Counted from the stretch's first letter, positions 28,401 through 38,701 are shown. The stretch is DNA of 64,000 nucleotides from Candidatus Staskawiczbacteria bacterium (GCA_903835075.1 CAILLM010000008.1:25498-89497); one strand, 5' to 3'. Translations and numbers: made by a program. Notes: generated from the letters alone by a model not told the origin.

Positions 28401-28731
28401 CTGCCAAATAAACCTCTTGTTCTTTTACTTCTTTGGTTTTAAGGTTTACTAATTTAATTTTTACTCTTAAAGACGCCTCAAGAGAACCATTGTTCTTTTT
28501 AGCATCTAAACCATTTTTGTAGTTTGGTTTTGAAAGTTTGTAATCTCCAAAATAAATTTCAAACTCTTTTCCAGTATAATCTCTAATAGGAGATATTTCT
28601 TCTAATAATTCTTTTACTCTAACTTCCCAAAAATCTTCATAAGCCTCTTTTTGCATTGTCAAAAGATGAGGCGTAGAATATTGCAACTTAGATTTTGAAA
28701 AGTTCTTTACTTTACTAATAATTTCTGCCAT
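25474..28731 (-). CDS. rpoB: RNA polymerase beta subunit
   Basis: GDKLVGRHGNKG, GGQRFGEMEVWALE, ETPEGPNVG. Confidence 0.99.
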   Translation of the reverse strand: MAEIISKVKNFSKSKLQYSTPHLLTMQKEAYEDFWEVRVKELLEEISPIRDYTGKEFEIYFGDYKLSKPNYKNGLDAKKNNGSLEASLRVKIKLVNLKTKEVKEQEVYLADFPVMTERATFVVNGVERVIVSQLIRSPGAFFTARLWRGKNYFGSKIIPNRGAWLEFETEESGFIGVKINRKRKVPATTLLMALGLKDIKAVEDAFKDIDTGEIQYIKETLKRDTCKDQKEALVEVYRRLRPGDLVTPDTAQDLIFNMFFNFDRYDLSKVGRWKTWLRLPNLAPKDLNSEIKKEDRMLKIEDIVEVVKEVIRLNNDPMAKADQVDHLGNRRVRTLSELLQNRLRVGLMRMERIIKDKMSTLEASTITPIQLINPRPLIAVVKEFFTSSQFSQFMDNENPLAELEHKRRLTTTGPGGLTRERAGFEVRDVQPSHYGRICPIETPEGPNVGLVGHLATFAKINPYGFIEAPYFKVKNGKVTDVVEYLSAQEEERHNVAPASVPLTDALKILPEIAPDKVEARVKGEPEEVKIEDIDYIDVSSKQFISVATSLIPFLNHDDASRALMGSNMQRQAVPLIKPEAPLVGTGTERNVARDSGQVILAEADGVIKEVDGQHILVKYEASGKKPAREEDYELQTFVRTNQYSCFHQKPIVEKGEKVKKGDVLADGAAISQGRLALGRNVLVCFLPLRGGGFEDSMTISERLGKEDEFTSIHIEDFTCDVRETKLGPEVTTSDIPNVGEEKLKDLDEEGIIRVGAAVGPNDILVGKISPKGEAELTPEERLLRAIFGDKAKDVKDSSLRMEHGKNGKVVNVTIFSRDLGHKLEPGVIKRIKVEVAESRKAKVGDKLVGRHGNKGVVSRVLAEHEMPFLADGTPVDLVISPLSVPSRMNLGQILETHLGLAAHALGYLAITPALIGANQEDVKRELKLAGLPESGQMTIYDGRTGLPFPTPVTVGYMYVMKLIHMVDDKVHARSIGPYSLITQQPLGGKAQFGGQRFGEMEVWALEGYGVAHILQEMLTIKSDDVQGRAAAYESILKGEPIRNPNIPASFNLLVAELKSLGMSVEVKERPRLERDDERENRRDNR

Positions 28732-28991
28732 TAATTATTTGTGCGAAGAATAGTTCACGCTTCGCGATTAAAAATATTTAAAAATTTTAACTATTAACAC
28801 AAAATACCCTTTTCTTTAGGGCATTTATCCCTCATCTTTTAAATAAAAAAATTTCGGCAATAAAAAATAACCGAGATGAGGGTTTTCGTTTTTCTAGAGT
28901 AAAGTTTGTGTGGCCACTGCTTTTTTATAGCCCGTTGATCAGACAGGCCTTAGTAAATGTATGTTATTCTATTTTTTAAAAAGTGTCAATA

Positions 28992-29011
28992 CCTGCCTGC
29001 CGGCAGGCAGG
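28992..29011. repeat. Family B palindrome (intergenic, perfect)
   Basis: CCTGCCTGCCGGCAGGCAGG. Confidence 0.9.
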
Positions 29012-29013
29012 GT

Positions 29014-29901
29014 CTAAACCACCGATGGTGTCGCCTCTTGAGCTTTATCTTTTTTCAAATTTAAGAAAGCTGAGATAATGAGCAATATTGAAAATAGAAA
29101 TGTAAATGTTAATTTAGGTGAAATTGCACCTAGGATGCTGGTTATAATAATTGGAGTAATCATTAATTGCATACCCGCCTTGTAGGAGCCTTTATATCCA
29201 ATTTTCAATTCTTTAATTTTTGCAATCAGCCATACTAGCAAAGCACCAAATAACAAATAAACCATATGCACCAATACTAAAAAGAATCCCCCTATGTACG
29301 CTCCAATTATGATTATTGGGTAAAGAATGACTAAGTATGGCTTAACTTTATTTACTCCCATAGAAATTATGTCTCTATTTAATGTGACATCTTTAACTTC
29401 CGATAACGGTGCCACTGTGATTGCGCCATCTTTCATATAAATTGCACTGTCTGCGGTTAAAAGTAGGAAAGTTTTGTAGGAATTGAAAGTTGCCACATCA
29501 AATTTATTTTTAGTATCAATTACCACCAAATTATCCAACTGAGTTAATTTATTCGCTGGAATACCGTTTATCTTAGCATCGGACGAATTAAAACCATTAT
29601 TATCCTTAAATGCATCGGGCATTTTTATAAAATAAGGCTCTTGAACGTTTGTAGAAACAACGCCATTTTTAACGCTTATTATAAGTTCTTGTGGAAAATA
29701 ATTAGGCGCCAAAGACAGTTTGCTTGGCAAAGCGCTAACAAATGGGGTAAGTTTTACAGTAGCTACAACTGCAAAAACCACGGCGAAAAGCAACGCAAAA
29801 GCTAACAAAAACTTAAATGAATAAGAAAATGGTTTTTCTAAAACTTCTTTATAATATTTAGGACTGTAAATGCTATTTTTTATTTTTACAAAAATATTCA
29901 T
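29014..29901 (-). CDS. Membrane protein, DUF1189-like
   Basis: N-terminal SIYSPKYY..., one TM, extracellular loop, C-terminal TMs. Confidence 0.65.
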   Translation of the reverse strand: MNIFVKIKNSIYSPKYYKEVLEKPFSYSFKFLLAFALLFAVVFAVVATVKLTPFVSALPSKLSLAPNYFPQELIISVKNGVVSTNVQEPYFIKMPDAFKDNNGFNSSDAKINGIPANKLTQLDNLVVIDTKNKFDVATFNSYKTFLLLTADSAIYMKDGAITVAPLSEVKDVTLNRDIISMGVNKVKPYLVILYPIIIIGAYIGGFFLVLVHMVYLLFGALLVWLIAKIKELKIGYKGSYKAGMQLMITPIIITSILGAISPKLTFTFLFSILLIISAFLNLKKDKAQEATPSVV

Positions 29902-29939
29902 ATTTTTAAGTTTAATTATCTTTAATTATTATACCACAA

Positions 29940-31031
29940 TTATCTCCTTATCTTAATGCTTTGTAAAATTCCGAGGGAAACAAAGTTACCAATTAAGCCC
30001 GAGCCACCATAAGAAATAAACGGCAAATAAATTCCCACAACTGGTAATAAAGATAAATTCATTCCTATATTTATAAAAAATTGAGCAATTAAAATAACTG
30101 CGAAACCAGTTGCAAATAACCGCGGAAAATTAGAACTAGAATCAATAGCAATTTTTAAAACCCGCCATACCAAAAATCCATATGAAAAAAATAACACCAA
30201 AACCCCAAGCATTCCCCATTCTTCAGCAATTACAGAAAAAATAAAATCTGTATGGGGCTCGGGCAAAAATCCATATTGCACCTGACTACCCTTACCCATC
30301 CCCTCCCCTAAAATTTGTCCAGAACCAACTGAAATTTTTGTTTGATTTTGACTCCATGAAGCACCCAAATAATCATATGGGAATAAAAAGGCCGTAACTC
30401 TTTCTTTTTGATAATCTTTAAGAAGAAAAGTCCAAGCAATTCCCGAAACCAACATAAAACATAAAAAAAGTATAAGAAAATGTTTTAGCTTGATACCAGA
30501 CACCAATAAAATCCCCAGCCAAATACAAACTAGCACCATTGTGCCACCCAAATCAGGTTTAATAAACACAAAAATTGCAGGGATTACAACGTAAAGTCCA
30601 GAATAAATAATATGCCTAAATTTATACATTTCAACGTGTCGCATTGAGAAATATTTTGCCAGCAATACCACCAAAACAATCTTAGCTGGCTCAATGGGGT
30701 CTAAAGAAAATATTCCAATTTTATACCACCCCCTAGTTCCACGGATTATTGGTGCAAAGAAATGTAATCCTGCCAACATTAGTACGCAAGCCCCATATAA
30801 AATTAAAATTAGATAAGAGTTGTTTTTTAAAACTCTGTAATCAAAAAAACTTACCAAAAACATTAATACTGCCCCAACAGCAAAAAACATAATCTGCTTT
30901 GTAAGGTAAGAAAAATCGCTCTTCGCAATTGCAACGCTATAAAGAGACACCAACCCAAAACACACCAACACAAAAGCTGATATAATTATTCCCCAATCCA
31001 ATTTTCTGATTTGACTTGATATTATGCCCAT
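29940..31031 (-). CDS. rodA: Rod shape-determining protein RodA (SEDS family)
   Basis: PDLG, LPEPHTDFIFSVIAEEWG, LPFISYGGS. Confidence 0.9.
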   Translation of the reverse strand: MGIISSQIRKLDWGIIISAFVLVCFGLVSLYSVAIAKSDFSYLTKQIMFFAVGAVLMFLVSFFDYRVLKNNSYLILILYGACVLMLAGLHFFAPIIRGTRGWYKIGIFSLDPIEPAKIVLVVLLAKYFSMRHVEMYKFRHIIYSGLYVVIPAIFVFIKPDLGGTMVLVCIWLGILLVSGIKLKHFLILFLCFMLVSGIAWTFLLKDYQKERVTAFLFPYDYLGASWSQNQTKISVGSGQILGEGMGKGSQVQYGFLPEPHTDFIFSVIAEEWGMLGVLVLFFSYGFLVWRVLKIAIDSSSNFPRLFATGFAVILIAQFFINIGMNLSLLPVVGIYLPFISYGGSGLIGNFVSLGILQSIKIRR

Positions 31032-31164
31032 TTAAAAAATAACTTACTATTGGTATTTAAACATCGAAAACGCTTATCTCGCACCCTTCATTAAAAAAAT
31101 AAATAAAAGGCTGTTTAATTGATTTGTAAAAATTCCCATTATTTAATAGCCTTTTTATATTTAT

Positions 31165-33222
31165 TTATTCCTGATGATTTCTTTGCCATTCTGAAAATTT
31201 TCTTAATTCCTCTTCCGTCATGCTAAGTAATTTCAAAAAATCTTGCTCCTCAAGAATTGTAATGCCCAGTTCAAGTGCACGCTCGGCCTTGCTTCCTGGT
31301 TCTGATCCTACCACAACATAGCTTGTTTTAGAAGAAACAGATTCTGCTGTATCACCACCCAATTCTCTTATTTTGGCCTTGGCTTGGTCACGCGACATTG
31401 ATTCTAAGCTTCCTGTTAAAACAAAGGTTTTGTCTGCAAACTTCTGGTCGCCCTTTTTATGTTCTGGAGCTATTATTTTTATATGTTTCTCTAATTTTTC
31501 TATAAACCTTAAATTATCTTTGTCAGCAAACCATTCGTAAATAGACTTTGAAACTACTGGCCCAATATCTAAAATTGCCTCAAAATTTTCCAATTCAGCT
31601 TCTTTTATTTTTTTAATACTTGAAAAATGTTTTGCCAAATCAATTGCAGTTTCTTCGCCAACATTTCTAATACCTAAAGCATAAATAAATTTTGCCAAAG
31701 GCACCTCACGTTTTTCTTGAATTGATTTAATTAGATTTTCTGCAGATTTTTCGGCAAACCGCTCTAAACTTTTAACATCAGCTTCTTTTAATTCAAACAA
31801 ATCAGATGGGTCATTAACCAAACCTTCGTCAAATAGTCTATCAATAATTTTAGGCCCTAGGCCATCTATATTAAATGCAGTTCTTGAAACAAAGTGATAA
31901 AAATTTCTTCTTTGTTTGGCAATACATTTTTGATTAGGACATCTTAAAATCGCCTCCCCCTCTAGTTTTACAAGTTTGGCCGAACAGCTAGGACAATTAG
32001 CTGGCATTTTAAAGTTTTTTTCGTGACCGGTTCGTAATTCTGGCAAAACTTTTATAATATTTGGGATAACATCACCTGCCCTACCCACAATTACAGTGTC
32101 TCCAATTTTTAAACCAAGTCTTTCAATTTCATCTTCATTGTGCAAAGTTGCTCTTGTTATGGTAATTCCCGTAACTCCAACTGGTTCCAACACTGCTACG
32201 GGCGTAATTGCCCCAGTCCTGCCCACTTGCACCTTAACATCAAGCACTTTAGTAGTCGCTTCAGCTTGAGGAAATTTATAAGCTATGGCTCCTCTGGGCG
32301 CCTTTCCTACAACACCCAAATTATCAAATATTTTATTATTATTTATTATCACTACAACACCGTCAATTTCATAATCTAATTTTTCTCTTTCTTTTATCCA
32401 ATATTCGCGAAATTCAAAAACTTCTTTTAGCGTTTTACAAAATTTATTATGCTTATTTGTTTTGAACCCCAAATCTTTTAAAATTTTGTGCTTTTCTTCA
32501 TGAGTTATTGCCTCGTCAGTAATTAAATCATAAGCAAAAGAATCTAGCTTTCTTCCTGCTGTTATTTTTGGGTCTAACTGCCTCACCGAACCTGCGGCAA
32601 TATTTCTTGGATTGGCATAAACCGGCAAACCTTTTTCTTTTTGAATTTTATTTATTCTGGCAAACTCCTTTTTTGTTATGAAAACCTCTCCCCTAACAAT
32701 CAAGTCTTTTTTACTTCCCGCCTGTGCAGGCAGGTTGATTGTCAAAGGAATCGCTTCAACTGTTTTTAAATTTTGGGTAATATCTTCACCAACTGTGCCG
32801 TCACCTCTTGTAGCGCCAGTAATAAAATTTCCATTTTTATAAATTAATTCAATTGCCAAGCCATCAATTTTTAATTCGCAATAATAATTAACGTCCTGCC
32901 TTTCTTTTTCGGGAACTAGTTTCATAAATCTTTCTTGCCAATCTTCCATATCTTCTTTTGAAAAAGCGTCGTTAAAAGAAAGCATTCTATGAGAATGTTT
33001 TATTTTTTTAAATTCTTTTAATGGTTTTCCACCGATTCTTTGCGTTGGCGAATCTGCAGTTATTAATTCAGGGCATTCTTGCTCTAAATCAAAAAGTTCT
33101 TTTTTCAAAGAATCTAAAGCTGAGTCAGAAATTTCTTGCCTATCTAATACGTGGTAAAGATAACGATGATGGTTTATCGTTTCCCTTAGTTTTTTTATTC
33201 TTTCTTCTATTTCTTTTTTCAT
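31165..33222 (-). CDS. ligA: NAD-dependent DNA ligase
   Basis: ELKIDG, TRGDG, Zn finger, BRCT. Confidence 0.97.
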   Translation of the reverse strand: MKKEIEERIKKLRETINHHRYLYHVLDRQEISDSALDSLKKELFDLEQECPELITADSPTQRIGGKPLKEFKKIKHSHRMLSFNDAFSKEDMEDWQERFMKLVPEKERQDVNYYCELKIDGLAIELIYKNGNFITGATRGDGTVGEDITQNLKTVEAIPLTINLPAQAGSKKDLIVRGEVFITKKEFARINKIQKEKGLPVYANPRNIAAGSVRQLDPKITAGRKLDSFAYDLITDEAITHEEKHKILKDLGFKTNKHNKFCKTLKEVFEFREYWIKEREKLDYEIDGVVVIINNNKIFDNLGVVGKAPRGAIAYKFPQAEATTKVLDVKVQVGRTGAITPVAVLEPVGVTGITITRATLHNEDEIERLGLKIGDTVIVGRAGDVIPNIIKVLPELRTGHEKNFKMPANCPSCSAKLVKLEGEAILRCPNQKCIAKQRRNFYHFVSRTAFNIDGLGPKIIDRLFDEGLVNDPSDLFELKEADVKSLERFAEKSAENLIKSIQEKREVPLAKFIYALGIRNVGEETAIDLAKHFSSIKKIKEAELENFEAILDIGPVVSKSIYEWFADKDNLRFIEKLEKHIKIIAPEHKKGDQKFADKTFVLTGSLESMSRDQAKAKIRELGGDTAESVSSKTSYVVVGSEPGSKAERALELGITILEEQDFLKLLSMTEEELRKFSEWQRNHQE

Positions 33223-33224
33223 AA

Positions 33225-34370
33225 TTACATACTAGTTGCACAAACCGTAGAAGCAAGAGTGGCTTCTGATGAATTTCCCTGACTGTCAAATGCCTTAATA
33301 CTAAAATTATAGGTGTTGCCAGAGGTGGCATCATTCCATGGCTTTGACCAATCATTTTTACCATTTCCCGATGCCTGCAATGCCAAACCTGCTTCAGGAA
33401 ATTTGTCTGCAACGGCATTTCCCTTATCAAAAGCCGTAACACTGCTTATGTCGTTTGCACCCGTTACTGTAGCTGAAAATTGTATATGCCCGTTACTGTC
33501 ACAAACAACTGATGCATTTGTTATACTGGGGCCAGATGATGACAATACTGAATGGGCATTACTAATAATTTCTTGGTTTTGATTTGTATCTATAACTATT
33601 TGAATTTGCCTGCCTGCTCCAGCATAAAATCCCTTTGAGCTGATTTCAAATTTTTTGGTAGTCCCTTCTGTATAAACACTGGCAGTTGTGGAATAAGTGA
33701 TACCTTTGTCATCATCAAGAATAGTATCAAAAGAAATTGAGCAATCATCACATTTATCTAAATCACAACCATGTGTAGGATCTGTTGTAGTGCCTACTTT
33801 ATAGCCCTGAAATGGCGCGCTAAAAGAAGCGTCCGTAGATGGCTTGCACCTTGTACTTGAGTCATTATTAGTAGCATTGTTGTTACAATAGTTTGTAGTG
33901 TTAATATATTCTCCATGTATCATAGCACACAGACCTCGTGCCACACTTGCCACACAATATCCGTTGACACAAAATGGGTATGGCGAAGAACATCCTGCGT
34001 TATTTCGACAAGAAATTCCATTGCTTGGCTGAACCTGCCTATCGTAATAAAGAACTTTCTCTATTCCGCTGTCAGCGCTATAAAGGCCAACCACAGAGTT
34101 ACCTATATTTCTCATTACTTTCATTTCACTATACAAAAGTGTGCTAATAGACACAACTACTGCCAAAATAATTATCATTATAAATAAAGTGATAATCAAA
34201 GAAACACCTTTTTGATAATTTAAAGTTTTAAGCTTTTTCACATTGTTCTGAGCTCGCACCCTTCTTATGAAAAATATATAAAAGGCTGTAAATAAAGTGA
34301 TAATTAAAGAAACCCCCTTTTCAGAATTTTTAATTTTTAATTTTAAATTTTTAATTAAATAAGCAATCAT
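33225..34370 (-). CDS. PilX-like minor pilin with duplicated leader
   Basis: KGVSLIITLF twice; YSADSGIE motif; Cys-rich body. Confidence 0.75.
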   Translation of the reverse strand: MIAYLIKNLKLKIKNSEKGVSLIITLFTAFYIFFIRRVRAQNNVKKLKTLNYQKGVSLIITLFIMIIILAVVVSISTLLYSEMKVMRNIGNSVVGLYSADSGIEKVLYYDRQVQPSNGISCRNNAGCSSPYPFCVNGYCVASVARGLCAMIHGEYINTTNYCNNNATNNDSSTRCKPSTDASFSAPFQGYKVGTTTDPTHGCDLDKCDDCSISFDTILDDDKGITYSTTASVYTEGTTKKFEISSKGFYAGAGRQIQIVIDTNQNQEIISNAHSVLSSSGPSITNASVVCDSNGHIQFSATVTGANDISSVTAFDKGNAVADKFPEAGLALQASGNGKNDWSKPWNDATSGNTYNFSIKAFDSQGNSSEATLASTVCATSM

Positions 34371-35120
34371 TTATTTTATATTAAGGTTTCTTTGTGAAAC
34401 TGTTGTTTGGACTGTTGTTGTAGTTAAGCACCTGTGAGTAGATACATCACACATATCCCCCAGAGGGCAAACAGTAATTGGAGAACAATTAACATTTGTC
34501 GCTTGATTGTCATTGGAAACACCAATATTAAAAAGCATTGTCACCCTTGGCTGAACCGTGTCTGCATTTGAAGCTCCACAGCTGGTGGGATTATCAGCAC
34601 AACCCTGCCCCGCAACCGTGCCGTCTTTCCCATTAATAGAAAACTTAACATAATTTATTTTCAAACCCGCAGAAGTAATTGCTATGGCACCATCATTGTT
34701 GCTTGCCCTATAACCAGGCTCGCTACCCTTTAATTCTTTTAAAACTGGATGCAATGAATCTGCGGTGTTATCTATATAAAATTCCTGACAGTCCCCACTT
34801 GATTGATTAAAAAATCTTATGCCCTCAAAAGTTTGATTATCATTGTCGTGATCTGTTAACAAATAAATATATCCTTTTGGAACACAACTTCCATTAGCAG
34901 TATTGTCTACTGCCGCCATTCTTAATGCTTTTGACATATATTCTTCCACATAACTAATTTGGCTTATAAGTTGCTGTTCAGATAAAACTTTTTTTTGATT
35001 TTGTACAACTGAAATAAAAATGCTAATTGCAACTCCAATTATAAACAAAAATACCCCCATTACAACAATTACTTCTATTAAGGTAAATCCCAAATTGGTT
35101 TTATTTTTTTTAAAAAACAT
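34371..35120 (-). CDS. Type IV minor pilin (PilW-like)
   Basis: GFTLIEVIVV; C-terminal QTTVSQRN. Confidence 0.85.
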   Translation of the reverse strand: MFFKKNKTNLGFTLIEVIVVMGVFLFIIGVAISIFISVVQNQKKVLSEQQLISQISYVEEYMSKALRMAAVDNTANGSCVPKGYIYLLTDHDNDNQTFEGIRFFNQSSGDCQEFYIDNTADSLHPVLKELKGSEPGYRASNNDGAIAITSAGLKINYVKFSINGKDGTVAGQGCADNPTSCGASNADTVQPRVTMLFNIGVSNDNQATNVNCSPITVCPLGDMCDVSTHRCLTTTTVQTTVSQRNLNIK

Positions 35121-35130
35121 ATTTTAAATT

Positions 35131-36126
35131 TTAAGGACTAATAGTGGTCACTGTTATTATGCAGTCTTGTGTTGTTCCGTCAGCGGCGGTAATAGTATAG
35201 GTCACAGGGCTTGAAAAATCATGTTGTTGATGGCTATCTATGCCAACATCTCCGCTTGTTTGCGGGTAGCCGTCAACTGTCACCAAATTACCAGTTGTTG
35301 AGAAAACTGCAGTTAAGTCATGTACATCTACTCCATAATTTGACGATGGTGGGATATTAACATTGATTCTGTGAGGATTTACATTTTCATCTTTTTCATC
35401 AGTTTCACCTGTGGCTGTATAGCCAAAGTTAAAAGTAGTAAAATATTTTGCAGAACCAAGCACTGGATACCAATTATAAAGCGTTCCTTCTGTAGTTATG
35501 CAATTAGAAACATTAAAAGGACAATTATCAGCCCCATCATCGGGGCAACATTTTATTGCCAAAACTCCAGGACTAAGAATTGTTGATTTTTTATCCCAAG
35601 AGGTTTGAACCTTAACCTTTAAAATATGGGGGGTTGGATTATCATCGATATCTTTAATTGGCTCAATTATTATCCTTCTTTTAAATTTTGTTTGCGGTAA
35701 ATTATCATCAGTTGTGGGATAAACATATAAACCCTTATCATTTAAATGCAAATAATCTGAGTTAGAGTTTGAAGTTCTAAGCATTGCAGTTGAAGTATAG
35801 TCTGCCCTACACGAGTTAGTGCCACTATTACTCATACAATCAATTGCTTGGTTAAGCCCAGATAAGGTGAGCCCATCAACCCAAGAAGCCGGACAAGTGT
35901 TACTGGGAGCAATTGCGCAAGCATTCATATCTAACCAATTTGTATCTCTTATATTTCTAACTATTTCCATACCCTCCTGAGATAAATAAGTTGCCGTAAG
36001 CCTGTCAGAAGAATCGGAAGTTAAAATCATTACAACAGAAAGTGCATTAAAAATCCCTATTACAGCAATAGACAAAACAAAAATAGAAACTACAAGTTCA
36101 ATAATGGTAAATCCTTTAGAATTCAT
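35131..36126 (-). CDS. Type IV minor pilin (PilV-like) with C-terminal DUF5018-like Ig domain
   Basis: GFTIIELVV, QEGMEIVRNIRD, DFSSPVTYTITAADG. Confidence 0.85.
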   Translation of the reverse strand: MNSKGFTIIELVVSIFVLSIAVIGIFNALSVVMILTSDSSDRLTATYLSQEGMEIVRNIRDTNWLDMNACAIAPSNTCPASWVDGLTLSGLNQAIDCMSNSGTNSCRADYTSTAMLRTSNSNSDYLHLNDKGLYVYPTTDDNLPQTKFKRRIIIEPIKDIDDNPTPHILKVKVQTSWDKKSTILSPGVLAIKCCPDDGADNCPFNVSNCITTEGTLYNWYPVLGSAKYFTTFNFGYTATGETDEKDENVNPHRINVNIPPSSNYGVDVHDLTAVFSTTGNLVTVDGYPQTSGDVGIDSHQQHDFSSPVTYTITAADGTTQDCIITVTTISP

Positions 36127-36131
36127 ATAAT

Positions 36132-36788
36132 TTATTGCACATTTATTAACCCCGATGTATTGACTTTAACAGCCCTGGTGGCAAGGTCTATATTTTTGAA
36201 ACCAACTTCAACTTCTGTTTTTAAATTATTAGGATCAGAAATATTAAGATTATCAATTTTTGTAACTGGCCCTGGGGGGCTAAAATTTATGCTCGTTATG
36301 CCGTTACTAATAATATTAGAAATTGAGTTTATATATAAACTAGAATTTTTTTGAGATATATCAACCACCTCCAAAACGCAATCAGTTGTTCGGGCATAAT
36401 CTTCTGTTTGGGTGGAGACTTCACTGCAAAGAGGATATGACAAATCACCATCATATTTTTGTGTACCCACCCTAACCCCACTATTGTTTTCTGGCCCTGC
36501 CACATCAGCATATATTACATATTCACTTTTATTGTTTGGAAGATTAAAATAAATACCATAACCCTGCACCATTATGGAATAACCATTTTTATCTTTTAAG
36601 GCAATCCCAGACAGACCCAAATCTTGGGCTTTCCTTAAATCTTGAGCAAAATTATAAGAAACCCTAGAAAGTGCAAGTTGTCTTAACATTTTTGGAAAAT
36701 CAGAAATTAAAATAATTGTAAACAAAGCTACAATAAAAATCACCACAACAACCTCAACCAACGTAATACCACGTTCAAATTTCTTCAT
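36132..36788 (-). CDS. Type IV minor pilin (FimT/FimU-like)
   Basis: GITLVEVVVV; C-terminal VNTSGLI. Confidence 0.82.
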   Translation of the reverse strand: MKKFERGITLVEVVVVIFIVALFTIILISDFPKMLRQLALSRVSYNFAQDLRKAQDLGLSGIALKDKNGYSIMVQGYGIYFNLPNNKSEYVIYADVAGPENNSGVRVGTQKYDGDLSYPLCSEVSTQTEDYARTTDCVLEVVDISQKNSSLYINSISNIISNGITSINFSPPGPVTKIDNLNISDPNNLKTEVEVGFKNIDLATRAVKVNTSGLINVQ

Positions 36789-37552
36789 ATTATAAAAAAA
36801 TTCAAGTACCAGCTAATTATTTGATTACCATGAAGCATAGCTATAAAAGTTCCTGCAATTAGAAACGGGCCAAAAGGTATTGCACTTTTTAGGCTTTTAT
36901 TTTGCCCCAACATCAACATTAAGCCTATTATAGCACCAAAAAAGAATGCCAAAAACAAAGCCACCAAAACATTAGGAAACCCCAATAAAATCCCCATTAA
37001 AAAAACTAGTTCCACATCCCCAAAACCCATTGCTTTTTCTTTAGATATCCAAAAAATTAAAAAGAAAACTCCAGAAGCAATTAACGTTGCTAAAATTGTG
37101 GATAATAAATATTGGCCGTTATACGGTGGGATTAAATTATAAATTATTGTAATTATAATAGCAGGAAATAATGCCACCTCTGGTATTAAATAATGCTTTA
37201 AATCATAAATAAAAATTATAATTAAAAAAATACTTACAATTAAATAAAAAATGGATTGTAAAATGTTTTGAGGATTGAAAATTAACAAAAATAAAATACC
37301 TGTTGCTAATTCTACTAATGGGTATTGAATTGATATTTTTTTATGGCAATAACGGCATTTCCCACGCAAAAATAAAAAGCTTAGCAAGGGAAAAAGGTCT
37401 TGCCAGCTTAAAATATGTTTGCAATGTGGGCAAAAAGATCTACCATTTATGCTTTTCTCTTCTTCCACTCTATAAACCATGCAATTCAAAAAACTGCCAA
37501 TACATAGTCCAAAAAGAAAAATAAAAATATTTATTAATAAGTTTAAAATCAT
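36785..37552 (-). CDS. pilD: Prepilin peptidase
   Basis: GSFLN, RSFCPHC, GKCRYC, MGFGD, PFGPF. Confidence 0.95.
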   Translation of the reverse strand: MILNLLINIFIFLFGLCIGSFLNCMVYRVEEEKSINGRSFCPHCKHILSWQDLFPLLSFLFLRGKCRYCHKKISIQYPLVELATGILFLLIFNPQNILQSIFYLIVSIFLIIIFIYDLKHYLIPEVALFPAIIITIIYNLIPPYNGQYLLSTILATLIASGVFFLIFWISKEKAMGFGDVELVFLMGILLGFPNVLVALFLAFFFGAIIGLMLMLGQNKSLKSAIPFGPFLIAGTFIAMLHGNQIISWYLNFFII

Positions 37553-37578
37553 TAGGTTATTTTATCATTTTTATAAAT

Positions 37579-37608
37579 AAAAAACACCCCAACAAAGGGG
37601 TGTTTTTA
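37579..37608 (-). terminator. Intrinsic terminator after the major pilin
   Basis: aaaaaacacccc-aacaaa-ggggtgttttt. Confidence 0.75.
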
Positions 37609-37620
37609 TTATAGCCCTTA

Positions 37621-38043
37621 CTACTGACAGGTAAAATGCGTAGCTGAACAAGCTACATTAGCTCCCTTATAGCCTGTGTTATCAACGCAATAGCTGCTAT
37701 ATGTTCCACCAGAAGGCATTGTAGGAACTACTCCACACCATGCCTGAGGGTTTGTATCGGTACTGGCCGCCCCATAACAGGTTAGCGTTCCACCGGCACC
37801 ATTTACTGCAGTAACGATCGAAGTAGCAGTAGCGCAAAAAGCTAAGCCAGTGTATGTATTATCAGGAGTGTCATAATATACTGCTGCATTTGTTAATAAT
37901 GTTGACAAATTACCCTGGATTGCCGCTGCCTTTCCCTTGTTGATGTATTGGGTAACGTTAACCAATACTATTCCTGCCAAAACTGCAATAATAGCAATAA
38001 CCACAATTAATTCTATAATTGTAAAACCTTTTTGTTTATTCAT
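37621..38043 (-). CDS. Type IV pilin, probable major subunit
   Basis: KGFTIIELIVVIAIIAVLA; own leader region and terminator. Confidence 0.9.
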   Translation of the reverse strand: MNKQKGFTIIELIVVIAIIAVLAGIVLVNVTQYINKGKAAAIQGNLSTLLTNAAVYYDTPDNTYTGLAFCATATSIVTAVNGAGGTLTCYGAASTDTNPQAWCGVVPTMPSGGTYSSYCVDNTGYKGANVACSATHFTCQ

Positions 38044-38194
38044 ATTTTTATTATTTATTTTTTAATTATTTTAAATTTTTCTAAAATTTCGGAAGTCGAC
38101 CTATACCCAATTAAACAGAATTAATTGAGCGTTTTATAGTTTCTTTTATTTTACAAAATTAAAGCATTACAAGCAATAGCACATTTGTGGATAA

Positions 38195-38701
38195 CTATGG
38201 ACACTGATACAAACTTGAATCAAATGCTGAATTTTCTTCCACGTCCTCTTTCATGCCCCTACTGTCCACGCAATAAACATTTTCAGAATTTAAAAAATCT
38301 CTTGCCCAAGCCTTCCAGGCCTGACCAGTATTGGGGTCAACACTACAACAAAGCCCTGCTGGGTTGCCCGCGCCCTCACCTCTTCCTGTAGTTGCCCATG
38401 TAGTAGTATCAACTGGATCATAATAGCAATCTCCATTTATATTTTTGGGCATTTGGGAAATAACATTTTTTATTACATTGTTTGATTCTGGTTCACAAAA
38501 ATCAGTATAGCTGTTACTATTACCATTATAAAAAACTTCTCCTGCTGGAATTAAAATTGCTAAATTACCAGCTATATTTGAATCTTTCCCCTTACTTATA
38601 TATTGTGTAGTAGTAACTAAAATTATTGCAGACAAAACTGCAATTATTGCCACCACCACAACCAACTCTATTAAGGTAAAACCCTTATATTTTTTAATCA
38701 T
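38195..38701 (-). CDS. Type IV pilin
   Basis: KGFTLIELVVVVAIIAVL; YCVDSRG. Confidence 0.9.
   Translation of the reverse strand: MIKKYKGFTLIELVVVVAIIAVLSAIILVTTTQYISKGKDSNIAGNLAILIPAGEVFYNGNSNSYTDFCEPESNNVIKNVISQMPKNINGDCYYDPVDTTTWATTGRGEGAGNPAGLCCSVDPNTGQAWKAWARDFLNSENVYCVDSRGMKEDVEENSAFDSSLYQCP

Noticed and set aside
15372-33222. Inteins or introns in recA, rpoB, rpoC or ligA
   Set aside because: Lengths are normal or short and no splice motifs were seen
33225-38701. Diversity-generating retroelement or pilin antigenic-variation cassettes
   Set aside because: No reverse transcriptase, no adenine-specific repeat pair and no silent pilin copies seen
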